Source of the DNA: Macrostomum lignano
Taxonomy: Eukaryota
Length of the DNA stretch: 64,000 nt
Assembly: GCA_002269645.1 (NCBI GenBank)
Contig: NIVC01001070.1
Span: forward strand, 58,492 to 122,491
Direction: 5' to 3'
In this document: in pieces, positions 1-11,339 of the stretch
Numbering within the stretch: position 1 is the first letter of the stretch
Layout: each line of letters starts with the position of its first letter
Translations under genes and position numbers: made by a program
Notes under the pieces: model-generated
Database searches by the model: none
Told to the model about the DNA's origin: nothing
Seen by the model: only the letters and a program-made list of their open reading frames with translations

Positions 1-2
1 AT

Positions 3-833
3 GAGGAGCAGGAGGCTGAGGCCGGAACCAACGTTGCCAAGGTATCGGAAGGCAAGAAGGCAGGTCACAAGGGCTCCTACGTGACAATCCACAGCTCAGG
101 ATTCAGGGACTTCCTGCTGAAGCCGGAGCTGCTGCGGGCCATCGTGGACTGCGGCTTTGAGCACCCCAGCGAGGTGCAGCACGAGTGCATTCCGCAGGCC
201 ATCCTGAGCATGGATGTGCTCTGCCAGGCCAAGTCAGGCATGGGCAAAACTGCCGTGTTTGTGCTGGCCACTCTGCAGCAGCTGGAGAGCGTTGATGAGG
301 CCGAGCCGAGGGTTCTTGTGCTGTGCCACACCAGAGAGCTGGCCTTCCAGATCTCCAAGGAGTACGAGAGGTTCTCCAAGTACATGCCGGGGGTGAACAT
401 TAGCGTGTACTTTGGCGGAGTGCCGGTCAAGAAGGACATCGAAGCGCTGAAGAAGTCGATGCCCCACATCGTTGTTGGCACACCTGGCAGGGTGCTCGAC
501 CTCGTGCGCAACAAAGCGCTGAGCCTGAAGTCCGTGAAGCACTTTGTGCTGGACGAGTGCGACAAGATGCTGGACCAGCTGGACATGCGCAGGGATGTGC
601 AGGAGATCTTCAAGATGACGCCTCATCAGAAACAGGTGATGATGTTCAGCGCCACGCTGAGCAAGGAGATCCGGCCAATCTGCAAGAAGTTCATGCAGGA
701 CCCGCTGGAGATTTACATTGATGACGAGAGCAAGCTGACCCTTCACGGTCTCAAGCAGCACTACCTGAAGGTGAAGGAGAATGAGAAGAACCGCAAACTG
801 TTTGAGCTGATCGACGTTCTGGAGTTTAACCAG
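3..833 (+). CDS. DDX39B: DEAD-box (DECD) RNA helicase DDX39/UAP56, first visible exon; start codon lies upstream of the window
   Basis: Translates to [44 protein letters not shown]...AKSGMGKT...[10 protein letters not shown]...MFSAT. Ends at CAG|GTGAGA donor (intron 834-1627). Confidence 0.97.
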
Positions 834-865
834 GTGAGAACAAAGCGGACTGGCAGCTGGGGTCT

Positions 866-1605
866 GCACAGATGAGGCTTGCTCAGCAATGCAGACAGCT
901 GCTGACTCAGTGAGCACAGATGAGGCCTGCTCAGCAATGCAGACAGCTGACTCAGTGAGCACAGATGAGGCCTGCTCAGCAATGCAGACAGCTGACTCAG
1001 TGAGCACAGATGAGGCCTGCTCAGCAATGCAGACAGCTGACTCAGTGAGCACAGATGAGGCCTGCTCAGCAATGCAGACAGCTGCTGACTCAGTGAGCAC
1101 AGATGAGGCCTGCTCAGCAATGCAGACAGACAGCTGACTCAGTGAGCACAGATGAGGACTGCTCAGCAATGCAGAGAGCTGACTCAGTGAGCACAGATGA
1201 GGCCTGCTCAGCAATGCAGACAGCTGGTGACTCAGTGAGCACAGATGAGGCCTGCTCAGCAATGCAGAGAGCTGACTCAGTGAGCACAGATGAGGCCTGC
1301 TCAGCAATGCAGACAGCTGGTGACTCAGTGAGCACAGATGAGGCCTGCTCAGCAATGCAGACAGCTGGTGACTCAGTGAGCACAGATGAGGCCTGCTCAG
1401 CAATGCAGACAGCTGGTGACTCAGTGAGCACAGATGAGGCCTGCTCAGCAATGCAGACAGCTGGTGACTCAGTGAGCACAGATGAGGCCTGCTCAGCAAT
1501 GCAGACAGCTGCTGACTCAGTGAGCACAGATGAGGCCTGCTCAGCAATGCAGACAGCTGGTGACTCAGTGAGCACAGATGAGGCTCAGCAATGCAGACAG
1601 CTGAC
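866..1605. repeat. 42-45 bp intronic minisatellite, about 17 units
   Basis: Tandem GACTCAGTGAGCACAGATGAGGCCTGCTCAGCAATGCAGACAGCT(GCT/GGT) filling the DDX39 intron. Confidence 0.95.
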
Positions 1606-1627
1606 CTGCCGGCCCCAATTCCCGCAG

Positions 1628-1882
1628 GTGATCATCTTCGTCAAGTCCGTGCAGCGCTGCATGGCTCTGTCGCAGCTGCTTGTTGAGCAGAACTTCCCCG
1701 CCATCGCCATCCACCGCGGCATGACTCAGGAGGAGCGGCTGGAGAAGTACCAGAGCTTCAAGAACTTCGAGAAGAGGATCATGGTGGCCACGAACTTGTT
1801 CGGCAGAGGCATGGACATCGAGCGGGTGAACATCGTCTTCAACTACGACATGCCCGAGAACTCGGACACCTACCTGCACAGG
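1628..1882 (+). CDS. DDX39B: DDX39/UAP56 middle exon (helicase C-terminal domain)
   Basis: Acceptor CCCGCAG|GTG. Encodes [11 protein letters not shown]...[15 protein letters not shown]...DTYLHR, 85 codons, phase 0. Donor AGG|GTGAGC. Confidence 0.95.
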
Positions 1883-1960
1883 GTGAGCAGCTGGGATGAT
1901 GGGGAATCTCGGACACCTACCTGCACAGGGTGAGCAGCAGGGATTATGGCATCTCGGACA
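1861..1960 (+). repeat. Tandem duplication (47 bp, 45 bp, partial) spanning the exon end and 5' splice site
   Basis: CTCGGACACCTACCTGCACAGGGTGAGCAGC at 1861 and 1908, and CTCGGACAC again at 1953. Confidence 0.9.
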
Positions 1961-2086
1961 CTTCATAAACCTAAATTTTTGGTTTTAAGCACAAAAATGC
2001 ACAGAAATGTATTACTGGCTACTTTCCAATTCTCTCAGTAGTGCAGTTCGGACACGCAATCTAAATTATTTCCAATCTCTTCCCAG

Positions 2087-2248
2087 GTGGCCCGCGCAGG
2101 CCGTTTCGGCACGAAGGGCCTGGCCATCACCTTCGTGTCTGACGAGGCCGACGTGAAAATCCTCAACGATGTGCAGAACCGCTTCGAAGTGAACATCACT
2201 GAGCTGCCCGAGGAGATTGAGATCTCGTCCTACATCGAGGGCCGCTAG
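2087..2248 (+). CDS. DDX39B: DDX39/UAP56 last exon
   Basis: Acceptor TCTCTTCCCAG|GTG. Encodes [19 protein letters not shown]...SSYIEGR*, completing motif VI (HRVARAGR). Confidence 0.95.
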   Translation: MARAGRFGTKGLAITFVSDEADVKILNDVQNRFEVNITELPEEIEISSYIEGR

Positions 2249-2350
2249 GCCGCCGACTGGGTGTGTTGCAAGTCAGTCGCTTGCCTAATAATAACAAAAC
2301 TACTTTCTAGTTCCATTTTTTCCGGTGGGTTCGCCAGAGCTGCCTGCTTT

Positions 2351-2356
2351 AATAAA
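2351..2356 (+). terminator. Candidate polyadenylation signal of DDX39
   Basis: AATAAA about 100 nt after the stop codon, followed by GT/T-rich sequence. Confidence 0.5.
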
Positions 2357-3470
2357 TAGGATGTGTTTGTTATGGGGGTGAACTTAATATAAATTAATTA
2401 GCTTTACATAGCAGTACTTATAATGCAATTGTATCTTGTTTGGCCTGTGCGTTTGTTTTTACTGTCTAATCTGTGTTGGCTTTTTTTACTAAACATTATC
2501 TCTCATAAACTGAAAGTTCTTGTTGTACTTTTAATCTTGTTTTCGTTTTAGTGGCGGCTGCTGTGTAGGCAAAGCCGATGCCCAATTCTAAAATAAAATA
2601 ATTTCAAATCGCTCGAGCCCAGCTGGCAGTTTGGCAACTCTAATTGAGTATGAAATTGACAAAAAACTGTAAAGCTTATATATTTATTTTATTTACTATA
2701 TATCTGGTGCAAGCTGTTAAACTGCCAGTCTACAGGATAAAACTTTAAAATAGCAGAGCTTTGGAATGGTTGATTAATTTAAGCAGATATCAGTTTAGGC
2801 TTTAAATTAAACGACTTCGATCATTATGTTTGGTTAGGGGTGTTCAAAAAACAGTGATACTTTTGTTGGTATAGCTTGAATGCAGGGCTCGGCAAACTTA
2901 AAAATAAAAATGTTTGGTCTTTAAAAAGCGGAAAATACGCTCGTAGCAGCTTTAATGTGTCAAAACATCCATTCTGATACGTTGGTTTAAACGTTTAAAA
3001 AACCCTCGTAAATCAGAATTTTTACTATCGATTTTTATGCGCTAGTTGAGACAACTTGCCATCAATTGAAGACAATTGGCAGACAGAGCCTGATGTCTAT
3101 GGCCAAAACTTGTGTTTAGTGGACCCATAGACATGACAACTTAAACGTTCCATAGACAATATGCGCTTACTGATAGAAAATGGGCTCATTATTGCCATAG
3201 ACAATTGAGAAATCAAAGCAGCACACAACTGTTGTTAAAAAAGCTCTCCATTGTTTCATTCATAATGATCTAACGCCCGAAGTTTCATCTCAACTCGTCG
3301 GAAATTTTCCTCATCCTGTGTCTCCATGGCAACGCAACCCTGGTCCTTGACAATTTGAAATTGATTCATGCAGAACTGCAAATCGCTTGACCTGTCGCTG
3401 TAGTGAGCCAGAGTGAGCAGCTCCTCCAAGTCGGGGTCCTCTATCAGGTCTGGCAGCCAAGTTTCGAACT

Positions 3471-4660
3471 TTAATGCTCCACAGTTTTGGAGCAGCTCAG
3501 ACAGCGGAAGTTCACGTACAGGTGGGAGGACCGGGGCTGCGACAGCCTGGCTCTGAGCAGCGTCTGCGTGAACTTCGGCAGGAATTCAAAGCGAGGCTGT
3601 GCGCTGATGGGGAAGCAAAACCTCCATGCCCAGTCCACGCCCAGCGGGCACTTAAAGCTTTTGAGGCCGGATGTTTTGTTCCACTGGGTGTGCTGCTCCA
3701 TCTGCCAGCCTGAGGATATGCTGCAGTACTGCAGGTTAACGCTGATTCTCTTAGCCTTCTCAGTTTCTCCGAACTTCAAGTGCGTCATGACCATCAGGCA
3801 CGTGGTGGCGCATCGGCACCACTGCAAGCAGTCCAGATGACCCAGCTGCCTCGTCAGGGTTTCCTTATCGGCGGTGTCTGACTGCAGCTCTCGCAGGCAG
3901 TCGTGAATCATGCTGAAGCCATCGATTAGGTGCTGGCGCGATCTGTAATCTGGCTCTCGAATTTGAGCAGTCACAGCTGGCAGCGGCTTCAGCGGCAGCA
4001 AAGTGAACGGGTGACAATAGAAACAGTCGGACTGCAAAGGTTGCACATGGCTCAGTAGGTGACCAACCACGATATTAATTGCATTTCTAAGCTCGTGCAG
4101 TCTGCTTCGAACTCTCGTCTTCGTGTCCTTAAAGTGTCTGCCGATGCCAGCATTCTTAAAGTACAACGGGGCGTCCTTCATAAAAAAGTGCGGCATGCAC
4201 TCGTCAGGAGAGCGGCTCGAATCAATGAAGCGCAGCATCATTGTGAGCGAATCCTTCAACAGTTGGACGAGATTGTCCGGCTGCCAGGCTGCAGCGTTGG
4301 AGACGCCGTGCTTTTCCAGCATGAAGAAGAGCAGAGTCTTGGCATGGTAGGTCTTCAATCCGGGTGTCGCGAAGTTGTCTGGCAGAAGGCGCTTGAATAT
4401 AAATTTGATGATCGTGAACAGCTGGCCCTGAACTGTGCTGAGGTTTCTTAGAATGACCTTCTCTTGGAAGCTGAAACTCAATCTAAGCTCATTATCCATC
4501 TGGGGCCGCGTGGCGCTGACGAGATGCACTTTGCACTTCTCAGCCGACTCCACCAGTTGGATGCCGCCGTCTGTGAAGCCGCTGCAGCACTGGAATGCGT
4601 GGCACCTGTCCTGGGAGGGCCTGACGCCACTGGCTGGGGATCTGACAGCTGGCTGACTGC
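3471..4660 (-). CDS. Ankyrin-cGLR (Mab-21/cGAS-like nucleotidyltransferase), 3' exon
   Basis: Mab-21-type motifs LRLSFSFQEKVIL, KTYHAKTLLFFMLE and CMPHFF. Acceptor TTTCACACAG|GC matches the phase-1 donor at 5330. A frameshifted extension may run to 3256. Confidence 0.8.
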
Positions 4661-4778
4661 CTGTGTGAAATTGCATGACCACTCTGACGCGTTCAGTGCT
4701 TCACTTACATATATGATTGTTTCTAAGGATTGCTGTGGCGGTAGTTTCTAATCCGTATGAAATTAGATTGTGCATCTT

Positions 4779-5258
4779 GTATCTGACAGGACATTAGAGA
4801 CATATTGATGTTGTGTTGTGTCTGACGGGACATTAGAGACATATTGATGTTGTGTTGTGTCTGACGGGACATTAGAGACATATTGATGTTGTGTTGTGTC
4901 TGACGGGACATTAGAGACATATTGATGTTGTGTTGTGTCTGACGGGACATTAGAGACATTAATGTTGTGTTGTGTCTGGCAGGACATTAAGGACATTAAT
5001 GTTTTGTTGTGTCTGGCAGGACATTAGAGACATTGATGTTGTGTTGTGTCTGGCAGGACATTAGAGACATTGATGTTTTGTTGTGTCTGGTAGGACATTA
5101 GATCGAGACATTGATGTTGTGTTGTATCTGATAGGACATTAGAGACATTGATGTTGTGTTGTGTCTGGCAGGACATTAGAGACATATTGATGTTGTGTTG
5201 TGTCTGGCAGGACATTAGAGACATTGATGTTGTGTTGTGTCTGATGGGACACTAAGGA
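4779..5258. repeat. 37-39 bp intronic minisatellite
   Basis: Tandem CATATTGATGTTGTGTTGTGTCTGACGGGACATTAGAGA and shorter variants inside the cGLR intron 4661-5330. Confidence 0.93.
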
Positions 5259-5330
5259 CAACCGGAATATTCAGAAGCCTTTAGCAGTTATCAACAATCA
5301 ATAATGATCAACTTCTTCGTTCACCCGTAC

Positions 5331-5722
5331 CTGTTTCAACTGGCACCTGCGCGTGGCCCTGTATGACGGCGAGTTTTCTGGCATCTCTGCACTCGACGCC
5401 TCTGTTAGTGCAGCCGCCCTCAATGTGAAACTGCCTCCCAGAGACCATGACCGTCCAGTCAATGTCCGAGTCGGCAGCTGTTCTGCCGTTCAGCTGCACC
5501 AGACTGCTGGCCCAGCCATCAGCGTAGCTGCCCGTCATCTGCCACTCTTCAGGCTTACTGAGCTCCTGAGCCAAGCCCTCAACCAGGTCAGCCAGCTCCT
5601 GCTGACTCCTGGCTCTGGACGCCGTGAATCCCGCATTGCAAAGCTCTTGGTGCAGCTGAACGCTCTGGTCACGCTCCAGCTCTGCGTCCCGTTGGACTTC
5701 GACATCAAGAGGACATTTTATG
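5331..5722 (-). CDS. Ankyrin-cGLR middle exon containing the nucleotidyltransferase signature
   Basis: TGSYADG...DSDIDW gives the GS...DxD motif. Bounded by acceptor CTCCCCTTTCTTCAG and donor ACAG|GTACGG. Phases fit both neighbouring exons. Confidence 0.8.
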
Positions 5723-5793
5723 CTGAAGAAAGGGGAGATCAGCATATCGGACTTGTTCATCACCTGAGCGTCTTCATTGAATGATCTGCTCAC

Positions 5794-6347
5794 CTCGCTA
5801 TCCGACCAGGACTGAACAAATTCAGCACATCCTGATGCTTGAACTTCTCAGCCAGATCCGCGCAGGTCAGCCCGCGCCCGTCCGCGTGGCTCGGATCGGC
5901 GCCCCGGTCTACCAGGCACTTGGCCACTCGCACGTGGCCGGCCTCGCACGCGTGCGACAGCGCCGTCCTGCCCAGCTTGTCCTCAGCCAGGACGGACGCA
6001 CCGTAGCTCAGCAGCTTGCCGACCAGCTGGTGATGTCCGGCATCGGCTGCCAGCATCAGCGCCGTGGCGCCGCTGTCATCTGGCCAATCAACGTCCTGAC
6101 GTCCGATCCGAGGGATCAGAATGAGAGCCAGAGCCACGTGACCGCAGGCGATGGAGAGCAGCAGCAGCTGGGCAATCTCAACCGACTGCATTCTGTCAAG
6201 AGTTTGGCTGACAATCCCATCGTCATTGGTGATGGCCTGAGTGGCTAAAAAGTTGAGAGTTGATGGGTCGCGGAACAGCCACTCGGGCTGGATGCCAACC
6301 TCTCGGACCAGCTTAGCTTGGCCTCGGAGAGCCGCCTGGGCGATCAC
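5794..6347 (-). CDS. Ankyrin-repeat exon of the ankyrin-cGLR gene; true start uncertain
   Basis: Ankyrin repeats GATALMLAADAGHHQLVGKLL and GRTALSHACEAGHVRVAKCLV. Donor AG|GTGAGC at 5793 begins a 71-nt intron that joins in frame to the next exon. Confidence 0.8.
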
Positions 6348-6379
6348 CTTTAAATGATTTCAAAAACTTTGAGCGCCTG

Positions 6380-6760
6380 TTGGACTCGAGCCGCAACGTG
6401 GAGGGCGAATTCCAGAGCCTGCAGACGGACTACAAGCGGTTCCTGGACTACTCTGACGGCCACTTTCACTCTGACTACATGATGAAGCTCAAGCAGGCCT
6501 GTCTGGATGCTGCATCGGACATTGGCCGGTCGCTGGCTCCGTCGCCCGCTCCCGCCAGCGTGTCGGACTGGCCGCCCTCCTCAGCCAAGTCGCCAACCGG
6601 CATTTCGCCCAACCGCCAGCGTCTGTCGGTCCTGGCCGCCGCTCCTCCAGCCGTTAGGCGTCGTCGGGATCGACCTGCCACGGCGGTGTCGACAACGGAA
6701 AACCGACCACGGCTGACTAAAAATGTCGAAGTCTACACTGAAGAGGAGGATGTTTTCTGA
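6380..6760 (+). other. Unidentified coding-like segment, possibly a 3' fragment of another gene
   Basis: GC-rich open frame (FERLLDSSRNVEGEFQSLQTDYKRFLDYSDGHFHSDYMMKLKQACL) ending at an abrupt change to AT-rich DNA. Family not recognised. Confidence 0.35.
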
Positions 6761-8989
6761 TTGGTTTGATGTTGATTTTTTTGTTTTTCTTTATCTTTGG
6801 TCTTCCTACTTTAAGTAGCTTTGAGAAAATCCCTATCCTTAATTACATTCGAACATCGCCTTTGTGTCGTATTTTTAGAAAACTTTTATATTTATAGTTT
6901 TTGCTCAGTAATAATAAACTCTGCAGCCATGTTTTTTGGCCTTTTGCCAGCAGCTGTTTCTTCTTTTTTCAAAACTTCAGTGCTGTGATAGCTCCAACAA
7001 ATACTGTTTTTTTAGATTACCGCTGCCTACTATAAGTAGAGCTAGCTGTGCGATAACTGCAGCTTTTTAGTGTATAGCTGTAAATTGTGTAGCATTTTTC
7101 ATTTTATCTAAGAAATCGATTGAGCGTTTATTTTAAAGCACTGCCATTCAGATTCAACCAGTGATTCTGCTTTTTTCTATGGCCAAAACACCCTCAATTA
7201 TCTTGACCTCAAGGACACAGCCGTTAAGTCCGAGTTCAGCTGTTCTTCCCATACCCGGTTTTGGCCATAGACAATCTTCAAAGCATGGATTGAATTTATG
7301 GTTTGCCTCGTCAATTAAAGTGAGTGCTCGACTTCTTACATAAAATGATAAAAATGCTATTTTTAGACTCGCCTAGGGTGCACTCAGTTTTATTGCTTAT
7401 TCTTCCCCTAGATTATATTTTCTAATTATTGTCTAACAAGATTTTTTTTCCGAATATAAGCATGTAAATATATAGATATATGTCTGTCTGACTACTTGCT
7501 AAGTAGCTGATTTAGCGCCACATTTTTTCTACTATATAGCTTTTTGCTGAAAGATTAACTGTAAACCAGTCAGCAAGTGTTTTTTCTTGTGTTTTTTCAC
7601 AATCTGGAAAAGTCGCCATCACAGAAGATTCTGTCACGTTATTTGCGTAGTGGCTAGGACCCTTAAAAGGGTCGTTTAACGGGAATCGTCGTAAGTCGTT
7701 GTAGTCCCAAAATGAATCGAAGTCAATTCTTGTAAAGCGGATTGTGTAGCGGAGCACTTGGCGTATAAGGGCAGGAAACTGCCGTAGTTAATTTATTGTT
7801 GAGATCAATATTAGAACTGGTTAATGTCAATACAAAACTTATTGCGCTTTGGGACACTGGCGGCTGCAACAATGGTTTCAATGGTTTGGAAGGTAATTTC
7901 GAATGATGAAGTCGAGTAGCAGGCGAAGGATACAATGGCGACGCAACGTAGTGAGTGATGGCGATGAGCACAGTGGAGGCAGTGAGTAGTAAGTAAACAG
8001 GCAGATAAGTAGCGGTGAGAGTGGCGTTAGCTGTGGCAGTACACTGGAGTACAGTGTGTAAACAGGCTGGCCCAGACAGAGGAGCCGTGGCGAGAGATAA
8101 GGAGACTCGAGGTAGCCAGGAGAGGGAGAAGGAAAACGAGAGCCAGACGCCGAAGCCAGAAGTGAGGAGGCCCCCAGCCCGCCGCCAGGCGGGGGTTAAT
8201 AAAGAGCGCAGAAGGGTTAGCATAAAACACGGAGAGTTTTCATTGGCTGGCGAGAGAACTTGAAATTATCGATCGTGCTAAAATTTACAGACGAACGCAA
8301 GGCCTACCAAATACACAGTGAATTAGCCATTGATACAGATTATTTGCACGCTACTACAAGTAACCGTTAAAATAAACTATTGGAGAAATTAAAATGAGAA
8401 ATTGCAAGGGAAACTACAGTCCAACGGCCCTTTTGCGGGACCACCTTAAACTAGCAACGTCACAATTCCCTTTGTGGTGGTAAGGTCGTAGAGTGCAGCT
8501 AAAGTCTCTCAAGGCGGACTTGAGTTGAGGAATGAAGTGCGGAGCGGTGTGCGAGGTTTGGACGGATTAAAGCCGTCCCAATCAGTTTTGTCGCATCTTT
8601 TATTTCAAATTAGTCCCAGAGAAATTGCTCTGGCGCATAGAGGCGACTTTTCAGTTTTACTGAGTAGCTTGCATTGTGCTAATTAGATAGCAAGACATAA
8701 TTAGCCGTAATAATAGCCAAAGTTACTCCTGCCGTTTACCCGAAGTTGCGTTAATTTTACTTAGTTTTCTTTCATAGGTAAGTGAGTCGCATTTTCGGTA
8801 AAAAAGGTAAGCGCCCTGACGAATCCGGCCTGAACCGGTGTAATGCCAACCATTATCCTAGGCAGAGCCTAGCAACGCCATCAAGGATAAAAGCCATCCG
8901 ACCGGGCGGGAGATCTAGCTTGGACAACTCCGCCTGCCACTCGGCCAGATTGAGATCAGAGGATAAAACAGGAGGAATAAAATTCGCGC

Positions 8990-10060
8990 TATGATCGAGT
9001 CAGTGTTGCGGTTTCTCCTCACCGCTCGATTCGTCGCGGTGGAAGGCTGCCTCAGAGTGCGCCAGGCCGCATCTTCGGCAGCGATGCAGGAACCGACAGC
9101 TCTTTCGTTCGCACCCGCGTATCCTGTTGTAGTCGAAGCAAACCAGTTGATTGCGCTTCTGGGCACCACCCCCGATTGCTGCTTCTGGGGAGCCATGAGG
9201 TACGCCGCAACCAGACTCAGGTCCGAGCTGTGCGACTCCCACTTGCCATCAGTCGCTTGGCTGAGCCGGCACTCGTCATCAAATCTCATGACACGGCTCT
9301 TGTCGAAGCCCAGGTCCAACAACTCGCCAATGCGTGCGGTGTACCTGAGACAGTCTCTGAGCTCTGCCACATCCAATCGACCATGCTGATCCAGTCTGAC
9401 TAGACGCCCGTCAGTCAGCATCTGAAGCATCACCTGCGCATTGCCCGTCACCCAATCGCCTAACGAACGCGCCTCGACCGCCACTTCTTTAGACTTACTC
9501 TGGCTTAGAAGACACTGCTTGCGCTTACTGACGAAGTCAACGATTCGGTAGACGCTACTGGTACTTCTCCCTGAGGCTCCCATGTTCTCATGCTGCTGCC
9601 CAACTTCATGCTGCACACATCCAGTTAGGCAATTTAGCAACTCACCCGGTACATCACGTGCCTCAGAACGGCCGACCCGTAGCTGCGCGAACTTGGATTC
9701 CAGCTGCGCTTCTTCTTTGCGCAGCTTCAGCAGACGGATTCGCTTCTCCGCCTCCAGCAGCTGTTCGTCCAGGCCGCCAGCCGCGCCAGACCCACCGTTC
9801 TCGACCTGTCGCCGATTTGGGGGGCTGCCCCCGCTGCTCGCTACCGCCGAGTTCTGCCCTGTAGCTCGCAGAATGGCCTGAACGTTCGTCAGCTCGTCAC
9901 TCTCGACAGAGGTCTCCACGTCTTGCATATGGGCGCGAAGCCTTTGGACTAGTTTTGCTTTGTTGCCAGAGGTTGGCAAACCAAGCTCCTTTAGTTTCCC
10001 TCGCAGTGCTGGCACAGTTGTGGGGACGGAATCGGCTGACTGGCTACGGGTGCGGTTCAT
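8990..10060 (-). mobile_element. DIRS/Ngaro-like gag relic with N-terminal SAP motif; no RT or recombinase seen
   Basis: SAP motif LRGKLKELGLPTSGNKAKLVQRL and gag-like YTARIGELL...FDDECRLSQA...W. Cys/His finger VCFDYN..GC...CRFLHRCRRCGLAH lies in a shifted frame. Confidence 0.6.
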
Positions 10061-10479
10061 GACTCAGCAAAAGTTTCTATTTCCAAGTCAAAAAAATTCA
10101 CTGCGAGAAGGCAAAGTGAGCCGCCAGTAGAGCGCGACGGGGGTTTAAAAACACCCCTGCCACCCAACGGGGGGGGCAGGCGACGATGTACAATCAACGC
10201 GCTGGGCACTAAAGCCGGTTTGTGCACTTTCGCCGCACAAACCAGTCCATTAAATACGGCACGGCACAAGTCATGCCAAGCGCACTCCTAAGCTGATTTC
10301 TCTCTGGGGTTTACGAGATTAAAGACCTGTCAATAATCACTGTTTTTAGCCGTGATCTGATATCACGTAAATGAATACTGCCGAATCTTTTATAAGCGCG
10401 CATTCTTGTCCGCAAGTCTGTTAACAAAATTTCATAGTACGTTCAGATTCAGAAGTACGCGTCTGCCAGCAGCCTCAGC

Positions 10480-10701
10480 TTTAAAGTCGGTGGTGACAAG
10501 GTGCTGCTGCGAACTTTGTCCGTGCCGATCGGAAAGGCGGCGAAACTGAAGACACCGTGGTGTACCAAGGTATACACGGTCGAACGTGTCGTCCTAAACA
10601 ACAACCTGTACGGACTCGAGAGGGAAATGTACAGCGATCAATGGCCACCACCTCAAGAAATACCACGAATAGTTAATGTAACGTCGTCGCTTCTGTATTG
10701 A
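10480..10701 (+). mobile_element. Gypsy integrase C-terminal relic
   Basis: FKVGGDKVLLR...GKAAKLKTPW...YTVERV...LYGL resembles the integrase C-terminal GPY/F module. Confidence 0.6.
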
Positions 10702-10865
10702 AAATGTTCAATTTCGGATTTATGGTTTTTGCAATTAATATTTAAAACTATATCTATTTTGGTCTAATGTTTGTGACTATTTTTTAGTTACCTTCCCCAT
10801 TTGGTTTAATTTTGTTTTTCTATTTTCAATTAGTGCGGTTATTCAAATTTTGCTTCTTAATAGCA

Positions 10866-11339
10866 CTAACTGAAGATAAACTTTCCCAAAGCTTTAATAA
10901 CGAGAAATACCTAGTGAAAAAGCACCTCAAGATACACAGAGAAAGAGAACTTAGCCAAAAGCTAGAGAATCAGCAACATATTAAACTCTACAAAAACGCC
11001 TATCTCTACAAAAAAATCTGCAGGCCCGACCTTTCAGATTACTTTCCATGCACTTTTAGAAACAAAAAATTCTTAACAACCCTCCTAAAACTGAAATGCG
11101 AAATTACACCCAACATTTTCTCTCATGAAGCATGTAGACTGTGTGGAGCGAGAAATGGTTCCGATATCCTACACTACTTGACCGAATGTCCACAAACTGA
11201 AAAGATCAGAAAAAAATACTTCTGTCAGTACCTCTTAAATGACAAGCAAGTACACAAGTTAGGATATGCTACAAATGAAAAAAGAGTCAGAAAAGAGCTC
11301 ACTGGTGTAGCTAAAATATATGAAGTCATGAATAGCTAA
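10866..11339 (+). mobile_element. 5'-truncated non-LTR retrotransposon ORF2 C-terminus
   Basis: AT-rich ORF with CRLCG...DILHYLTEC zinc knuckle, typical of LINE ORF2 ends. Confidence 0.55.

Noticed and set aside
234-1575. Repetitive ORFs over the DDX39 intron and antisense to exon 1
   Set aside because: Minisatellite translations and antisense shadows of a GC-rich exon.
2883-2897. CAGGGCTCGGCAAAC, resembling a hAT/MITE terminal repeat
   Set aside because: No partner inverted repeat or TSD found.
7512-8263. ORFs and purine-rich segment near the DIRS-like relic
   Set aside because: Could be an element terminus, but no protein motif or repeated copy supports a call.
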